A stretch of DNA of 64,000 bases. Origin: Octopus sinensis. Taxonomy: Eukaryota. Where the stretch lies: positions 40,982,001 to 41,046,000 of the forward strand of contig NC_043005.1 in the NCBI RefSeq assembly GCF_006345805.1. The letters run 5' to 3'. Each line of letters starts with the position of its first letter. Within the stretch, counting starts at the first letter, position 1. Both the position numbers and the translations under genes were made by a program. This document shows, in pieces, positions 24,289 to 37,052 of the stretch. The notes under the pieces are model-generated. The model was not told the DNA's origin and ran no database searches. It saw only the letters and a program-made list of their open reading frames with translations.

Positions 24289-24510
24289 AAAATTTTCGAA
24301 AAATTTTTGGGTAAAATTTTCGGTGAAAATTTTTGGTGAAAATTTTCGAAAAATTTTTGGGTAAAATTTTCGAAAAACTTTTGGGTAAAATTTTCGAAAC
24401 ACTTTTGGTGAAAATTTTCGAAAAACTTTTGGTGAAAATTTTCGAAAAACTTTTGGGTAAAATATTCGGCGAAAACTTTCGAAATACTTGTGGTGAAAAT
24501 TTTCGAAAAA
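24289..24510. repeat. AAAATTTTCG-based tandem array (~12/24-bp period)
   Basis: Repeated aaaattttcgaaaaaYttttggKt(g) units. Confidence 0.95.
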
Positions 24511-26463
24511 CCATTGATTGGATCAACTGGAACACTCATTGATTGGATCAACTCATTGATTGGATCAACTGGAACACTCATCATCATAACCAATGGAGTG
24601 CCAGTTCTGCTCTCTGAGTTCAAATCCAGCTAAGTTCCACTGAACCAGGCATCTCTTCAGGTTTAATAAATAGCATACCATTTCAGCTCTGGGGTGAATT
24701 CCACCTTCTCTCTCCTTCACTCTGCAATGTAACTGTAATTCAAAGAACCAACCTTGTCACAAGGTGTCATCTTGACAGAATCAGTGGAATTTCAGAAACA
24801 CATGCTTTTCTGTATTTCTTTATATTCAGAGTTCAAATCCTAAGTCCACTTAGCTTTTAAAGTACTAGTTAAGTACAATTTAATTTATAAACGCCCTCTG
24901 CAAAATTTCAGGCCTTCTGAGTGGTCAGCTGGCAGAATCATTAGCATACTGGGTGAAATGCTTAACAGCATTTGTCCATCTTCATGTTCTAAGTTCAAAT
25001 TTCACTGAGGCGGACTTGACCTTTCATCCTTTTGGGGTTGATGAAATAAGTATCAGTTAAGCACTGGGATCAATGTAATTGACTATCCCCCACCCTGCAA
25101 AATTTCAGGCCTTTTGCTTATAGTAGAAAGAATTATTATTATTATTTTATTATAATCATCATTATTTCTGTTTATTTATTCTACCTATTAGCACAAAGTC
25201 AATCCTGATGTTCAAAGTAAATATATACCGTATTGATCTCACTAGTTCTCAAAAGGTTTTTGAAGGTCAAAGGTCATGAATTTTTTCCTTCCTCCTTACA
25301 AGACCAACTATTAACAATTGTTTCTAATTTAGACAGAAGGCCAGCAAATTTAAAGGAAAATAGGTTAGACAGTTACATAAACCCCATTTGATGACTGGAA
25401 CTTTATTTTATCAACCCTGGATGTATGAAAGGCAAAATTAACCGTAGCAGGATGCTGGCCAATATCCTACACTGTTGCATCTAATGTTTATTGGTAGCAC
25501 CAAAACTTAAACAATAAGGCATGGAGGAAAGATTTTTTATGTAATTAAAAAAACCCGAAAAACTATCATAAACATATCTTGCCAAATCATTCAAATATTT
25601 GTTGTGGTCTGGTAGTTTAAAATCACACTTTTGTAAGAACAAGTCCAAATTTTAGTTTCGTTGTTTTAACACACAATCTGAGCAGTTCTCATAATATACA
25701 ATATTATCTTAAGAAAGAAATTATTTCGTGTTTCGCATACTTGTGCTTCATTGTATTAGATTCTAGCAAGTTCCAAATGGTCTTTCTTTTATCTCATTTT
25801 ACAATTCAGTTTATTTCACCATTCTATTTAAAGAACAGCTGAATAGTTGATAAATAAATTCCAGAACATGTATTTGAGAATTGTGCTTCCAAGTAATTCA
25901 ATCCTCTTGTAATTGACTATAACAGACACACACACACACACACCTGTTTCTCATTATTCTGTAGCTTTTTAGATTCTTCCATCAGAATAGGGGAAAATAT
26001 CTGGGCTGTCATAACAGAATCTCTTTGAAAGGTAATTGCATGAATAGTAGGAACAGCTGGAGTATAAAGATAGAAAAGGAGAAAAAAAATCATTATTGAA
26101 TACTAAGTAATACTTGATACGAAGTGAAATCAAGTAAAATCTATTGATTTCATACACAATTATAAGGCCTTGGATGTATAAAAAGAAATAGGAAATGAAA
26201 TAGTGTTAAATGTGGGTCTCTCTCAAAGGGTATTAGCAATAGAAATGAAGGAAAACACTTTTAATCAAGGAGTGATATTGGATCACAAGAACTATACAAT
26301 GCTCAATGCTGGACATCCAGACACACATGAATATATAATGGTAAAAGCAATAACTTGACCCTGTATATGAAACATATATTCAATCCGTCTTGCTCTGAAC
26401 TGAAACATTCTTGAATCACTTTCTGCTCACAATTTTTGCAAAATACTGACTGGCAAAAATTCA

Positions 26464-26878
26464 AACCAACTAACCAACCGACCAGCCAACCAGACAACCA
26501 ACAACCCCCACCAACCATCCCACCAACCAACCAGCCAACCAACCAACCAACCAACCAACCAACCAACCAACCAGCCAACCAACCAGCCAGCGAACCAGCC
26601 AACCAACCAGCGAACCAGCCAACCAGCCAACAAACCAGCCAACCAGTCAACCAACCAACCAACCAACCAACCAACCAACAAACCAACCAACCAACCAACC
26701 ACCCCACCCACCCACCAAACAACCAACCAACCAACCAATCCACCAACCAACCAACCAGCCAACCAACCAGCCAACCAACCAACCAACCAACCAACCAACC
26801 AACCAACCAACCCACCAATCAACCAACCAACCACCCCACCAACCCACCAACCAACTAACCAGCCAGCCAGCCAGCCAG
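26464..26878. repeat. (CCAA)n tetranucleotide array with CCAG/CCAC variants
   Basis: Direct reading, ~415 bp. Confidence 0.95.
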
Positions 26879-28092
26879 TTTATCCTCAACAGTCTCAGAC
26901 GGCACACATGTAACATAAGCGCTGCCATTCTTCTTCAATCAAAGAAAAAAGAACAACTGTGTCTATACATAATTTCTCTATTTCTTCTGTGAAATCAGAA
27001 GATAGAAATCATTCAATGGAATAATGGTAATAAGATGGAAACCGTGTTTTGAAATGTCTAACCTTTCTCTGACCAGATTCCTCATGGAAATACGCGGTCC
27101 ATGTGTTTGTGTTAATTATGAAAGTAATCAGGTATTTGGAGGATCTTATTAAAATAACTAACTTTGCTATTATTATTAAGCTTGAATCTTAAACATAAAT
27201 TAGAGAAAATGGTCTGATAAATATTTTATCATTCTCTATTTACTGAACTGCTAAGTAGCTACAGAACATAAGAGGACACAACTAAACATCGACTTTTTTA
27301 CATGGTTGTAAACACAAACACTTGACAGACACATACATACACACACACACAAAGACACACACACTTGCACATAAAGACATACACACACACACACACATGC
27401 AGACATACATTCAAACACATACACAGACATACACACACACATACACACACAAGCAGATACTCACACAAACACACATACATGCACACACACATACAAAGAC
27501 ACATGCACACACACACACACACGCATCTTAATTTTTTATGTTTTAACTTGTTTCAGTCATTAGTCTATGGGCATGCTGGGGCATTGCCTTGAAGAATTTT
27601 CAGTCAAATGAATTAGCCCCAATTCTTATTTTCGATTAGCCTAGTACTTATTCTATTGGTTCTTTTTGGCAAACTGCTAAGTTACAGGAACATGAACATA
27701 CTAACACCGGTTGTCAAACTGTGGTGGAGGACAAACACAGTCACAAATACACACCAAACACACACCACCTCGTACATTAACAGTAGCTGTGTCTGTGGAA
27801 TATCCAGAAATTTACAAGTTCACTCAGTGAACCTGACTGCTTAGTTGGGCAAACAGTGAAACACTTCCAGCAGTCTTTTCTACTCTAGGCGCAAGGCCCG
27901 AAATTTTTTTAGGGAAGGGACCAGTCAATTAGATCAACTCCAGTACGCAGCTGGTACTTAATTTATCGACTCTGAAAGGATGAAAGCCAAAGTCGACCTC
28001 GGTGGAATTTAAACTCAGAACGTAAAGACAGATGAAATACTGCTAAGCATTTCATCCAGCATGCTAACATTTCTGCCTTGAAATACTTCCAG

Positions 28093-28715
28093 CAGTGATT
28101 CTCAAATAGGGTCCGTATGACTCTTGAGGGGTCCATATAAGAATTTTGGAGGTCCATTTAAGCAAAATAATTAATTGGGTATCCACTGTAATATTTTAAG
28201 GGTCCATGAAAAAAAAAACTTTAGATATATTTATTGCAAGAGACAGCTAACTTTCTTTCTTTAATATCTTATGTACCGGTGCAGCAGACAAGTTCCTCCG
28301 ATTTCAAAGGTTAATGAAAAACAAATGCATATAGATACAAGAAAAAAATGATGCTCTCCACTCCAGGCCATGGTGAGTACTATCTGAAATAGAAAAAAAA
28401 AATGGCATTTAATGAACTTCATAGAAATAAAAAGTTTTTTCATGTATCTTCATGTGTTTGTTTTTTATTAACCTTTGAAATCACGGCAACCAGTCTATCG
28501 CACCCTGTAGTTCAAAATATTGCAAGCTACTGAAACATGTTCTCTGAGAAAGTGCTATGACAAACCTATACAAGTGATCATGTGAAAAATGAAATAGGAA
28601 TATTGAAATAACTAACTATAAAATTAGTTTTGAAGCATTGAATAGTTATTGGGGTCCACAAGAATAAAATGGTAATTGAAGAGGTCTGTAGATAATAAAT
28701 GGTTGAGAACTACTG
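28093..28715. mobile_element. Old hAT (Charlie-like) MITE
   Basis: Termini cagtgattctcaa ... ttgagaactactg (CAGTGGTTCTCAA-type TIR). 8-bp TSD not clearly preserved. Confidence 0.55.
28276..28507. mobile_element. Tc1/mariner-type MITE nested in the hAT MITE
   Basis: TA|ccggtgc...gcaccctg|TA, with ~75-bp degenerate TIRs (gatttcaaaggttaat / attaacctttgaaatc). Confidence 0.7.
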
Positions 28716-29153
28716 ATGTCTAATCAGGAATTCTGATTGAGATCCATTTTGTTATCCAGCTTCAGGCAAGCCCTCATAAAGCAGGTCTATGTTTGATCTA
28801 AGACGTTCCAGGCATGACCAACCAGACATAGTGAATCTAAGACAATGGTATTATCCAATGATTCTGTTCTTTTTTAAGATATAATAATTGTGATATGAGA
28901 GAGATTTAGCTGCTATTTCTAGCAAATTGAGCAAATGTTATAGAGGTTCTCTCAGTATGTGTGTGTGTGTTTGTGTGTGCATGTGTGTGTGTAGGGGATG
29001 CTATCTCCCAGAATATTTCAACAGATTCTCATGCTGAGGCTGTTTATAGCCATTCACATCTGAATGAATGATTTTTCTGTCCCTGGAGAGGAGACCTAGC
29101 ATTTGTAGTACGGTCATTGTGTACACCGTGTGTGCATGTGACTGCTAACAGAC

Positions 29154-29195
<42 letters not shown>

Positions 29196-29196
29196 G

Positions 29197-29230
<34 letters not shown>

Positions 29231-30059
29231 GAAAGTGGGAGAGAAAGATGGTGTGGTGGTTGTGGTAGTGATGATAGTTATCAAATTTCAAAAGCCTTTA
29301 GGAATAAGTGAACAACAAGAGGAACTAATCAAACACTTAGGTGATGGTGGTCATAACTAATGAGTTCTGGCACACATCAAGCTTAAGGAAACTAAAAGAT
29401 TAATTTTTTTCTTGTTTTCGTTGTTGTTGTTGTTGTTGTTTTGTTCAGCTTTCTCTCATTCCTTGACATGGAATTGGTGCTGGACTCTACACAAATTTCT
29501 TATGATTTTTTCGATTTTGTGAACCACATTTGGCTATAGAATTTTATCAACAAAGGGCAAGGAGGAGGAGGTGGAAGAGAGGGAGAGGAAGAGATGGAGA
29601 GGAAGAGAGGGGGAAGGAGGCGGTAGAGGACTCCAATGAGGAGGAGGAGGAGGAGGAGGAGGAAGAAGAAGAAGAAGAAGAAGAAAAAGAAGGAAAAGGA
29701 GAAAAAGAAGAAAAGAAACGAAGTATGTGAATAATGAGGAAGGGAAGTGGGGAGATGACTAACTATGATAACAATTCTTCAACAACAACTATAACTACAA
29801 CAACAACAACAACATACAGTTTTAGAGAAAACAGGAAAAGAAAATAGATAAATAATGTTGATCACTTTGTTTGAAATAGGTTTAATGTTAGGACAGGAGC
29901 AATTAATTATAGACACTGGTAGACAAGAATGTGTGCTTCGTTAAGAGGAAAACTTATTAGCCACAAGATTAGTATTAATGTACTGTGGTGCATTCTCGTA
30001 TTGATGTATTGGCAATAGTGTATTAGTGGTGGGAGTATTGGTGAGTGGTGTGTACTAGT

Positions 30060-30786
30060 GTATTAGTTGAAGCTAGAATGGTGTTTTGGTTGCAGTAGTA
30101 GTAGTAGTAGTGGTGGTGGTGGTTGTTGTGGTGGTGGTGGTTGTGATGGTGGTTGTGGTAGTAGTAGTAGTGGTGGTGGTTGTGGTGGTGGTTGTGGTTG
30201 TGGCTGTGGTTGCAGTGGTTGTAGTTGTGGTTGCAGTGGTTGTGGTTGTGGTGGTGGTTGTGGTGGTGGTGGTGGTTGTGGTGGTGGTGGTGGTAGTGGT
30301 GGTGGTGGGGGTTGTGGTGGTTGTGGTTGTGGTGGTGGTGTGGTGGTGGTGGGGGTTGTGGTGGTGGTTGTTGCTGTGGTGGTTGTAGTGGTGTTGATGG
30401 CTGTGGTGGTGGCAGTGGTGGTATTGGTGATGGTGGTATTTGTGGTATTGGTGGTGGTGGTGGTGGTGTGGTAGTAATAGTGGTTGAAATCATTATCTTT
30501 TAGTCTCAAATCAACTCTGATCAACCTGCACACCACCTCCCTACCCACTCTGATTTAAGGAGTTCAAATACTGATTATCTTGTCCGTCCCCTTTTGTTTT
30601 TTTTTCTTCAGATATGCTGTATCTGAGACTATATCCTCTAATGAGTCCTTCCTTTTCTAAAACGGTAAAGTAGTGTGGTACAAAGAAGATTTGGCTGCTA
30701 CTTCTAGTTGGTTGCGTAACCACATATAGACACCATTGGTGATTCTTGATATCGTAGTGAAATGGTGTTAGCAGCTACTATAGTGG

Positions 30787-30823
<37 letters not shown>

Positions 30824-31260
30824 AGTGGTGGTGATGATGATGATGATGATGATGAGGAGGAGGAGGAGGAGGATGATGATGGTGATGATGATGATGATGA
30901 TGAAGGTAGTGATGATAAGAATGATGATGTTGATGGCAGTGGTGGTGATGATAAGAATGAGGATGATGATGATGATGGTGATGGTGATGGTGATGCTAAT
31001 CATCCTCACCATCACCACCAAAATCACCACCATCATTATCATTATTGTAAAACCTCAGCCCCCACCTTCTCTAAACACAACCACTGCCACTACTACACTG
31101 CGACCACCACTATCACCATCAGCTTCATCATAAGCAGTTTTATCTATTACCATTCAAATTATTCAATTCCAACTCCTCCACCACTTCCACCACCACCACC
31201 ACCGCCACTACCACCATACACCACGCCCACCACCATTTATTTTGCAATTACCATAACAGC
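30060..31260. repeat. (GTG/GTA/GTT)n, (GAT)n and (CAC)n low-complexity tracts
   Basis: Direct reading at 30060-30480 and 30780-31260. Confidence 0.9.
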
Positions 31261-31671
31261 AGTCATCATAATCATAATGCAAATAATCAACACCTTCCAA
31301 ATAATTATTGTAAAAATACTACCACTAATTCTAAAACCATAACAATGCCACCACTACCATTTCCATCTGCAACACCAACAACAATATCATCATCATCATT
31401 GGAAGCAACATCACCATTCATTATATTCACCCTCACTTCGTCCATCTATCTTTCTCCTTTTTTTCCTTTTGTTCTACCATAGTTTGCTGAACGCAATTAC
31501 CTCTACCACCAACACCATCCCTACCCCTCACCCCCTATGTACGCCTCCATTATCGACTCATTCACTAAATTCTGCTATTGTGACTCAGTGGATGCACTGA
31601 AAAGTTCCTGAATAAACATTACAGTAATGAAATTCACCTTTTCACACATCCATATTTTTAAAATCTCTTAA

Positions 31672-31765
<94 letters not shown>

Positions 31766-31958
31766 GTAAAATAATTGGTTTCAAATTGTGGGACAAGGTC
31801 CGCAATATCAGGGGTAGAGTAAGTTGATTACATTGACCCCCCCACCTCCGTGCTCAACTGGTACTTATTTTATCAACCTCGCAAAGATGAAAGGCAAAGT
31901 TGACCTTGGTGGAATTTGGACTCTGAGTGTAAAGTAGCTCTACCTAATTTAGTATTAA

Positions 31959-32178
31959 CCCTTTCATTACTGTATTTATTTTGAGATGCTCTGTGTTGCT
32001 TTCAATTACTTTAAATATAACAAAGAATTTAGTAGAATAACATGGTTATCATTAAGCTAGTGTTAGGAACATAAATTGTGGCTAAGGTTTGGTGGAAGAT
32101 TTTAATTCAAAACTTATGAAAACAAGACATTTGTACTCAGAGCTAGGGCCGGTTTCAGCCGGGTTGGTAACGAAAGGA
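31959..32178. mobile_element. piggyBac-like MITE (220 bp)
   Basis: TTAA|ccctttcattac ... gtaacgaaagga|TTAA. Confidence 0.75.
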
Positions 32179-32666
32179 TTAAGTGAGAATTGCTTTTCAT
32201 TGAGGCACAATCAGAAGCAAATTGAAGGAGAGAGAGTTACTTAATATCATTGATCCCATTACTTAACTCTTATTTTATTGACCCTCCAAATGGATAAAAA
32301 GTATAGTTGACTTCAGTAAGATTTGAACTCAGAGTGTGAGCAGAATGAAATAAATTGCACTGCACATTTTCTGATGCTCTAACAATCCTGCCAGCTTATC
32401 ACTACCCAGTAATAATTGCTTAGCTTGCATTCAGGCCATGTGGTACACACACACACAAACACACATACACATGCACACACACACACACACAACACATAAG
32501 TATAAATATGTATTCCTAAATACATACAAGCATTCGCATTGCACACACACATACATGCACATACACTCATTTTGTAGAAGTGATAAAGGCATTGTTTCTC
32601 AGTTTATACTTAGGTCTTTAAAGGTCTTTGCATTTTCCTAAGGAAATGAAATGAAATACTGCTTAA

Positions 32667-32790
32667 CTCTTTACATCTATATATCTTAAAAGTCTAAATG
32701 CTTAACAGCCAATCTCTGTGTCTCTTTAGTAGAGTTTAGCAGAGGTACAGCGATGACTCTCAAGATATTTAGATATAATGATGTAAAGAG
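32667..32790. mobile_element. piggyBac-like MITE (124 bp)
   Basis: TTAA|ctctttacatc ... gatgtaaagag|TTAA, perfect terminal IR, with further internal symmetry. Confidence 0.7.
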
Positions 32791-32976
32791 TTAAGTAGTT
32801 ATTTCATTTGATTTCCTTTGGAAAATTCAGAGACCTTTTATATTTGTGTTCAAATAAACTAAGAAACAGTAGCTTCATTGCATCTAATCTTTATTTATTA
32901 TTATTACTATTCTGTTCACTCCCGCATATATAGAATACTAATAATATTTTCTACACCACCAAGAACATTATACATA

Positions 32977-33310
32977 TGAGGTCTGATCAAAAATTATCAA
33001 GACTGTTTCTAAAGTAACAGAGCTAAAGTACAGAGAGAGGAGCCACTCAGCACAAATTGACCTTGAGTTCTGTTGTGCATTCACACTAAGTTACAACATT
33101 CTTGCTCACTTTGGTTGTTTATAGCAGTGCTTGAAAGTAAAGTGTGTAGAGTGTGGTTGTCTCAAAAAGAAGATCATGCTCCAACTGTACAGTATCTCCT
33201 TGACTGCATCAAGGAAGATAAAAACGTTTTGAAAATGGTCATAACAGGTGACGAATTGTGAGTTTATGGTTATGACTCCCAAAATCAAGGCTCAGTATTC
33301 ACTGTAGAAG
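32977..33310 (+). pseudogene. mariner-type transposon relic (left end + transposase fragment)
   Basis: ta|tgaggtctgatcaaaaattatc mariner-like terminus; QKED...LLDCIKEDKNVLKMVITGDE(L)*VYGYD resembles the mariner FLxxIITGDETWVYGYD motif. Confidence 0.6.
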
Positions 33311-34004
33311 ACCTCAACAAAATTTCAAGGTATCAAGGAAATCCAAGAATATGTGATGAGACGGCTGCTTGTTATCCTCCACAAAAAAACAGAAATCCTG
33401 TAATACTTCCATCAATGGAAATGATGCTGGACAAAATGCATAGCATCAGAAGGGGACAGACTAGACTTCCAATCAGGTGGAATTGTTGGCCAGCTCACCA
33501 ACCACATGAGGTGACATCATTCAAAAGCTAAAACAATGTAAAGTGGCAAAATGCATTGTGACCAGTGATGTATAACAACATCCAACAGTCTGCTCGATCA
33601 CGTGATCACATGATATATATGTATTCATTGATCAATTAAAAACTTGTTGGAAACAGCTGTAGTGCATAGACATATTATCCATTTCTTGTTATTTATTTAT
33701 TATTCACTTCACTTGGAACCTGCTCCTTGAGTAGATCCGAAGTATATTATGGACTGTACATTTAGTGCAATGTGCATCTTCTGATTAGCCTCAGGGCTTA
33801 TGATATTCTCAGTTCAGTACAGTTAATCATATACATAACCTGAATACCTTTCTGCCTGTACTTCAATACCTGCATATGTATTCCTCTAATTTTATTGTGT
33901 ACACATTTTGCTTTTTGACCCAACATGGTGCCTTACCATTTAAGTGCCTGATTAACTTGAATCCTGATCTGTTATATATGTATATATATATATATATATA
34001 TCAT

Positions 34005-34330
34005 CATCATCATCATTGTTTAATGTCTGTTTTCCATGCTGGCATAGTTTGGATGGTTTGACTGGGGTCTGGGAAGCCAGGAGGCTGCACTAGGTTCCAG
34101 TCTGATCTGGCAGTGTTTCTACATCTGGATACTGTTCCGATTGCCAACTACTCCAAGAGTGTAGTGGGTGCTTTTTACGTGCCACCGGCACAGAGTCCAG
34201 AGGGGTTGGCATTGACCACGTTTGTATGGTACTTTTATGAGGCATCAGCACCGGAGCCAGTCAAGGCGGCACTGGCATCAGCCACGTTCCGATGGTGCTT
34301 TTATGTGCCACCGGCACAGAAGCCACTCGG
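34005..34330 (-). mobile_element. (GAT)n-tailed RTE-related element with ~62-bp minisatellite
   Basis: (cat)n plus the tail, then about 3 units built on gtgctttttacgtgccaccggcac. Confidence 0.75.
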
Positions 34331-35199
34331 AATGAGCTGTACATATACAAAGGATGGGGGGTGTCTGAAAAATTCCTGGCTTTAAGGGTATCATGAAAAG
34401 TCTGTTTGGAAGCCCAACCTTCTGAGTTCTTTATCAGGACTTCAAAAAAGTGAAAAACCACTGGAAATAAGTGAGTGAATCTGAGAGAAGAATATGTTGG
34501 AAAAAATCCTAATTAACTGATCATCCTGCATTTTCTTTCACCCAAAGCCAGGAACTTTTCAGCACCCGTCATGTGTGTGTGTGTATGTTTATATATACAT
34601 ACATACACACACACATACACACACGCACACTAACACATGTGTATATGCTTGTATGTGTGTATATAAGTGTGGCTCTTTAATACATTCACACCAATACATT
34701 TCATCATACATTTACAATATGTTTGCCAAATTTGTATGAACCAATTCATCCATCAACATCATCATCATCATCATCATCTGCAGCAGCAGTGCTACAGCCA
34801 GCATCATAACACCCTCGCAACAGCACCATCCTGACCTCCATCACTACAACCTCCCCCAACTCAGTCACCTTATTTCTGCAATGACTACCTCCATCTCCAC
34901 AGCATCCACAGTCTGACCATTAATACCTCCATTACCACAAACCCTTCCCAGCCTCCCCACCCCTCCCCCTGCTGTACCACCATCCCCCACTTCTCACTAC
35001 ATCACCAATACTTACTTACCTCCATCGCTACCGTCGTCACCATAATCACTCCGTAAAGCCCAATTTACAAGCAGCCTGTCACTTCTACTGCAGCCAAAAT
35101 CAATAAAATAGATGACATTGGTGAATCAGAGAAGCTTATATATTGTCTACCTAATCAATGTTGAGGGATAGAGAGGAAGACACAGGGATATATCTATAC

Positions 35200-35333
35200 A
35201 TACATATGTACAAAATCACTCACACACACCACACACACACACACACATACACATACACACACACATGTGCACGTACGTTTATATATCTATATAAACATTT
35301 GTATATAGTATGTATGTGTATCTCTCTCTCTCT

Positions 35334-35396
<63 letters not shown>

Positions 35397-35494
35397 CATA
35401 TATATATACATACATATATATATATATATATATAATATATATATATATATGTATGTATATACATATACATATACATACACACACATATACATAT

Positions 35495-35545
<51 letters not shown>

Positions 35546-36280
35546 ATATATATATACACATATATATATGTATGTGTGTGTGTTATAGTATATTCACACA
35601 TACACATACATACATACATACATACACACATACAAACACAAATGTATGTATGTATGTATGTATGTATGTATGTATATAGGTATGTATGTATGGATTTATG
35701 TATGTATGTATGTATGTATGTATGTATGCATGTATGTATGTATGTATATATGCTAAAAGAGCAAGATATCTGTCTTTTTAGCTGTATTTTTCTCCTTTAT
35801 ATACTTTTGTCCTTCTGCTTCCTATGACTGATTTCAGTACCCTGTTGTCTTTCTCACACTACTTGCTACTTCCTCACAACTTACTAGTTATATATACTCT
35901 TTCTCTCTCTCTGAACATTTCTCTCTCTTCCCCTCTCTCTCTCTTTCTCTCTCTCTCTCTCAACATTTCTCTCTCTCTCTCTCTCTCCCATAATTTCTTT
36001 CTCACTCTCTCTACCCCCTCTTTCTCTCAACATTTTCCACTTTCTCATCATTTCTCTCTCACTCACTCTCTCTCTCTCTGTATGTCTCTCAACATTTCGC
36101 TCTCTCTCTCATCATTTCTCTCTCTCTCTCTCATCATTTTGCTCTCACTCCTTCTCCCTCTCCCTCTCTCTCCCCCTCTCCCCCTCTCCCCCTCTCCCTC
36201 TCACTCTCTCAAAATTTCTTTCTCTCTCCCATCATTTCTCTCTCTCTTTCACTCACTATCTTTTTTTCCCTCTCTCTTCT
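35200..36280. repeat. (CA)/(TA)/(TATG) field followed by a punctuated (TC)n tract
   Basis: Direct reading. The TC tract 35890-36280 is punctuated by aacatttc / atcatttc. Confidence 0.9.
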
Positions 36281-36763
36281 ATAATAAACCACCATTGAAT
36301 AAAAATTATAGTTCATACCCAGGCTAAGGATAAAAATGCTTTATTAATAGTTTATATTGCAGTTGCTAGCAACTATGGCTACTTACAGAGATTTAGAGGT
36401 CGTTTATGTTTTTCTACAAAAGTTACTGGCTAAGACTTAGATATATAGTTTGAGTTTTGCTTCCGATTGAAAAAAAAATGGGAAAAAAACAATTAAAAGG
36501 TGCATCTCAAAACATGCTGGTAATTTATGTTATAGCTGATAACACTGGTAACGAGAAAGATTTAGCTTTAGTTCATACTGAAATCCTGTTCAGGCTATGC
36601 CTTACACCGAAACATATGTATGTGGCAGTTTAATAGCACAACTCCAACACAGGTTATAGCAGTGATTTTCCTATGGATGGAAGCAATACAGGGTGCATTG
36701 CAAAGACGAACTTGGTGCATGACATATTTTTGAAGATGTGATGTAAAACTTTAGAAAAAAACC

Positions 36764-36925
36764 CCCAGGTGTGGCTGGGTGGTAAGAAGTTTGATTCCCA
36801 ACCAGATGGTTCCAGGTTCAGTTTCACAGTATGGAACCTTGGGCAAGTGTCTTCTACTATTGCCCAGGGCCAACCAAAGCCTTGTGAGTGGATTTAGTTG
36901 ACAGAAAATGAAAGAAGCTTGTTGT
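36764..36925 (+). mobile_element. SINE family A, 5' half
   Basis: gtggctgggtggtaagaag...ggttcagtttc...accttgggcaagtgtcttctac...gaaagaagc, then (cata)n. Confidence 0.75.
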
Positions 36926-37052
36926 ATAAACATACATACATACATACATACATACATACATGCATGCATACATAGATACATACATACATACACACATACA
37001 TACATACATACATGCATGCATACATAGATACATACATACATTACATACATAC

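Noticed and set aside
24289-24510. CRISPR-like appearance or heat-shock-element array
   Set aside because: No unique spacers and no cas genes. GAA/TTC spacing is 0 or 4 nt rather than the nGAAnnTTCn pattern.
26895-26986. Minus-strand exon candidate [30 protein letters not shown] after a good acceptor
   Set aside because: No recognisable homology, donor or poly(A) support; such short frames arise by chance.
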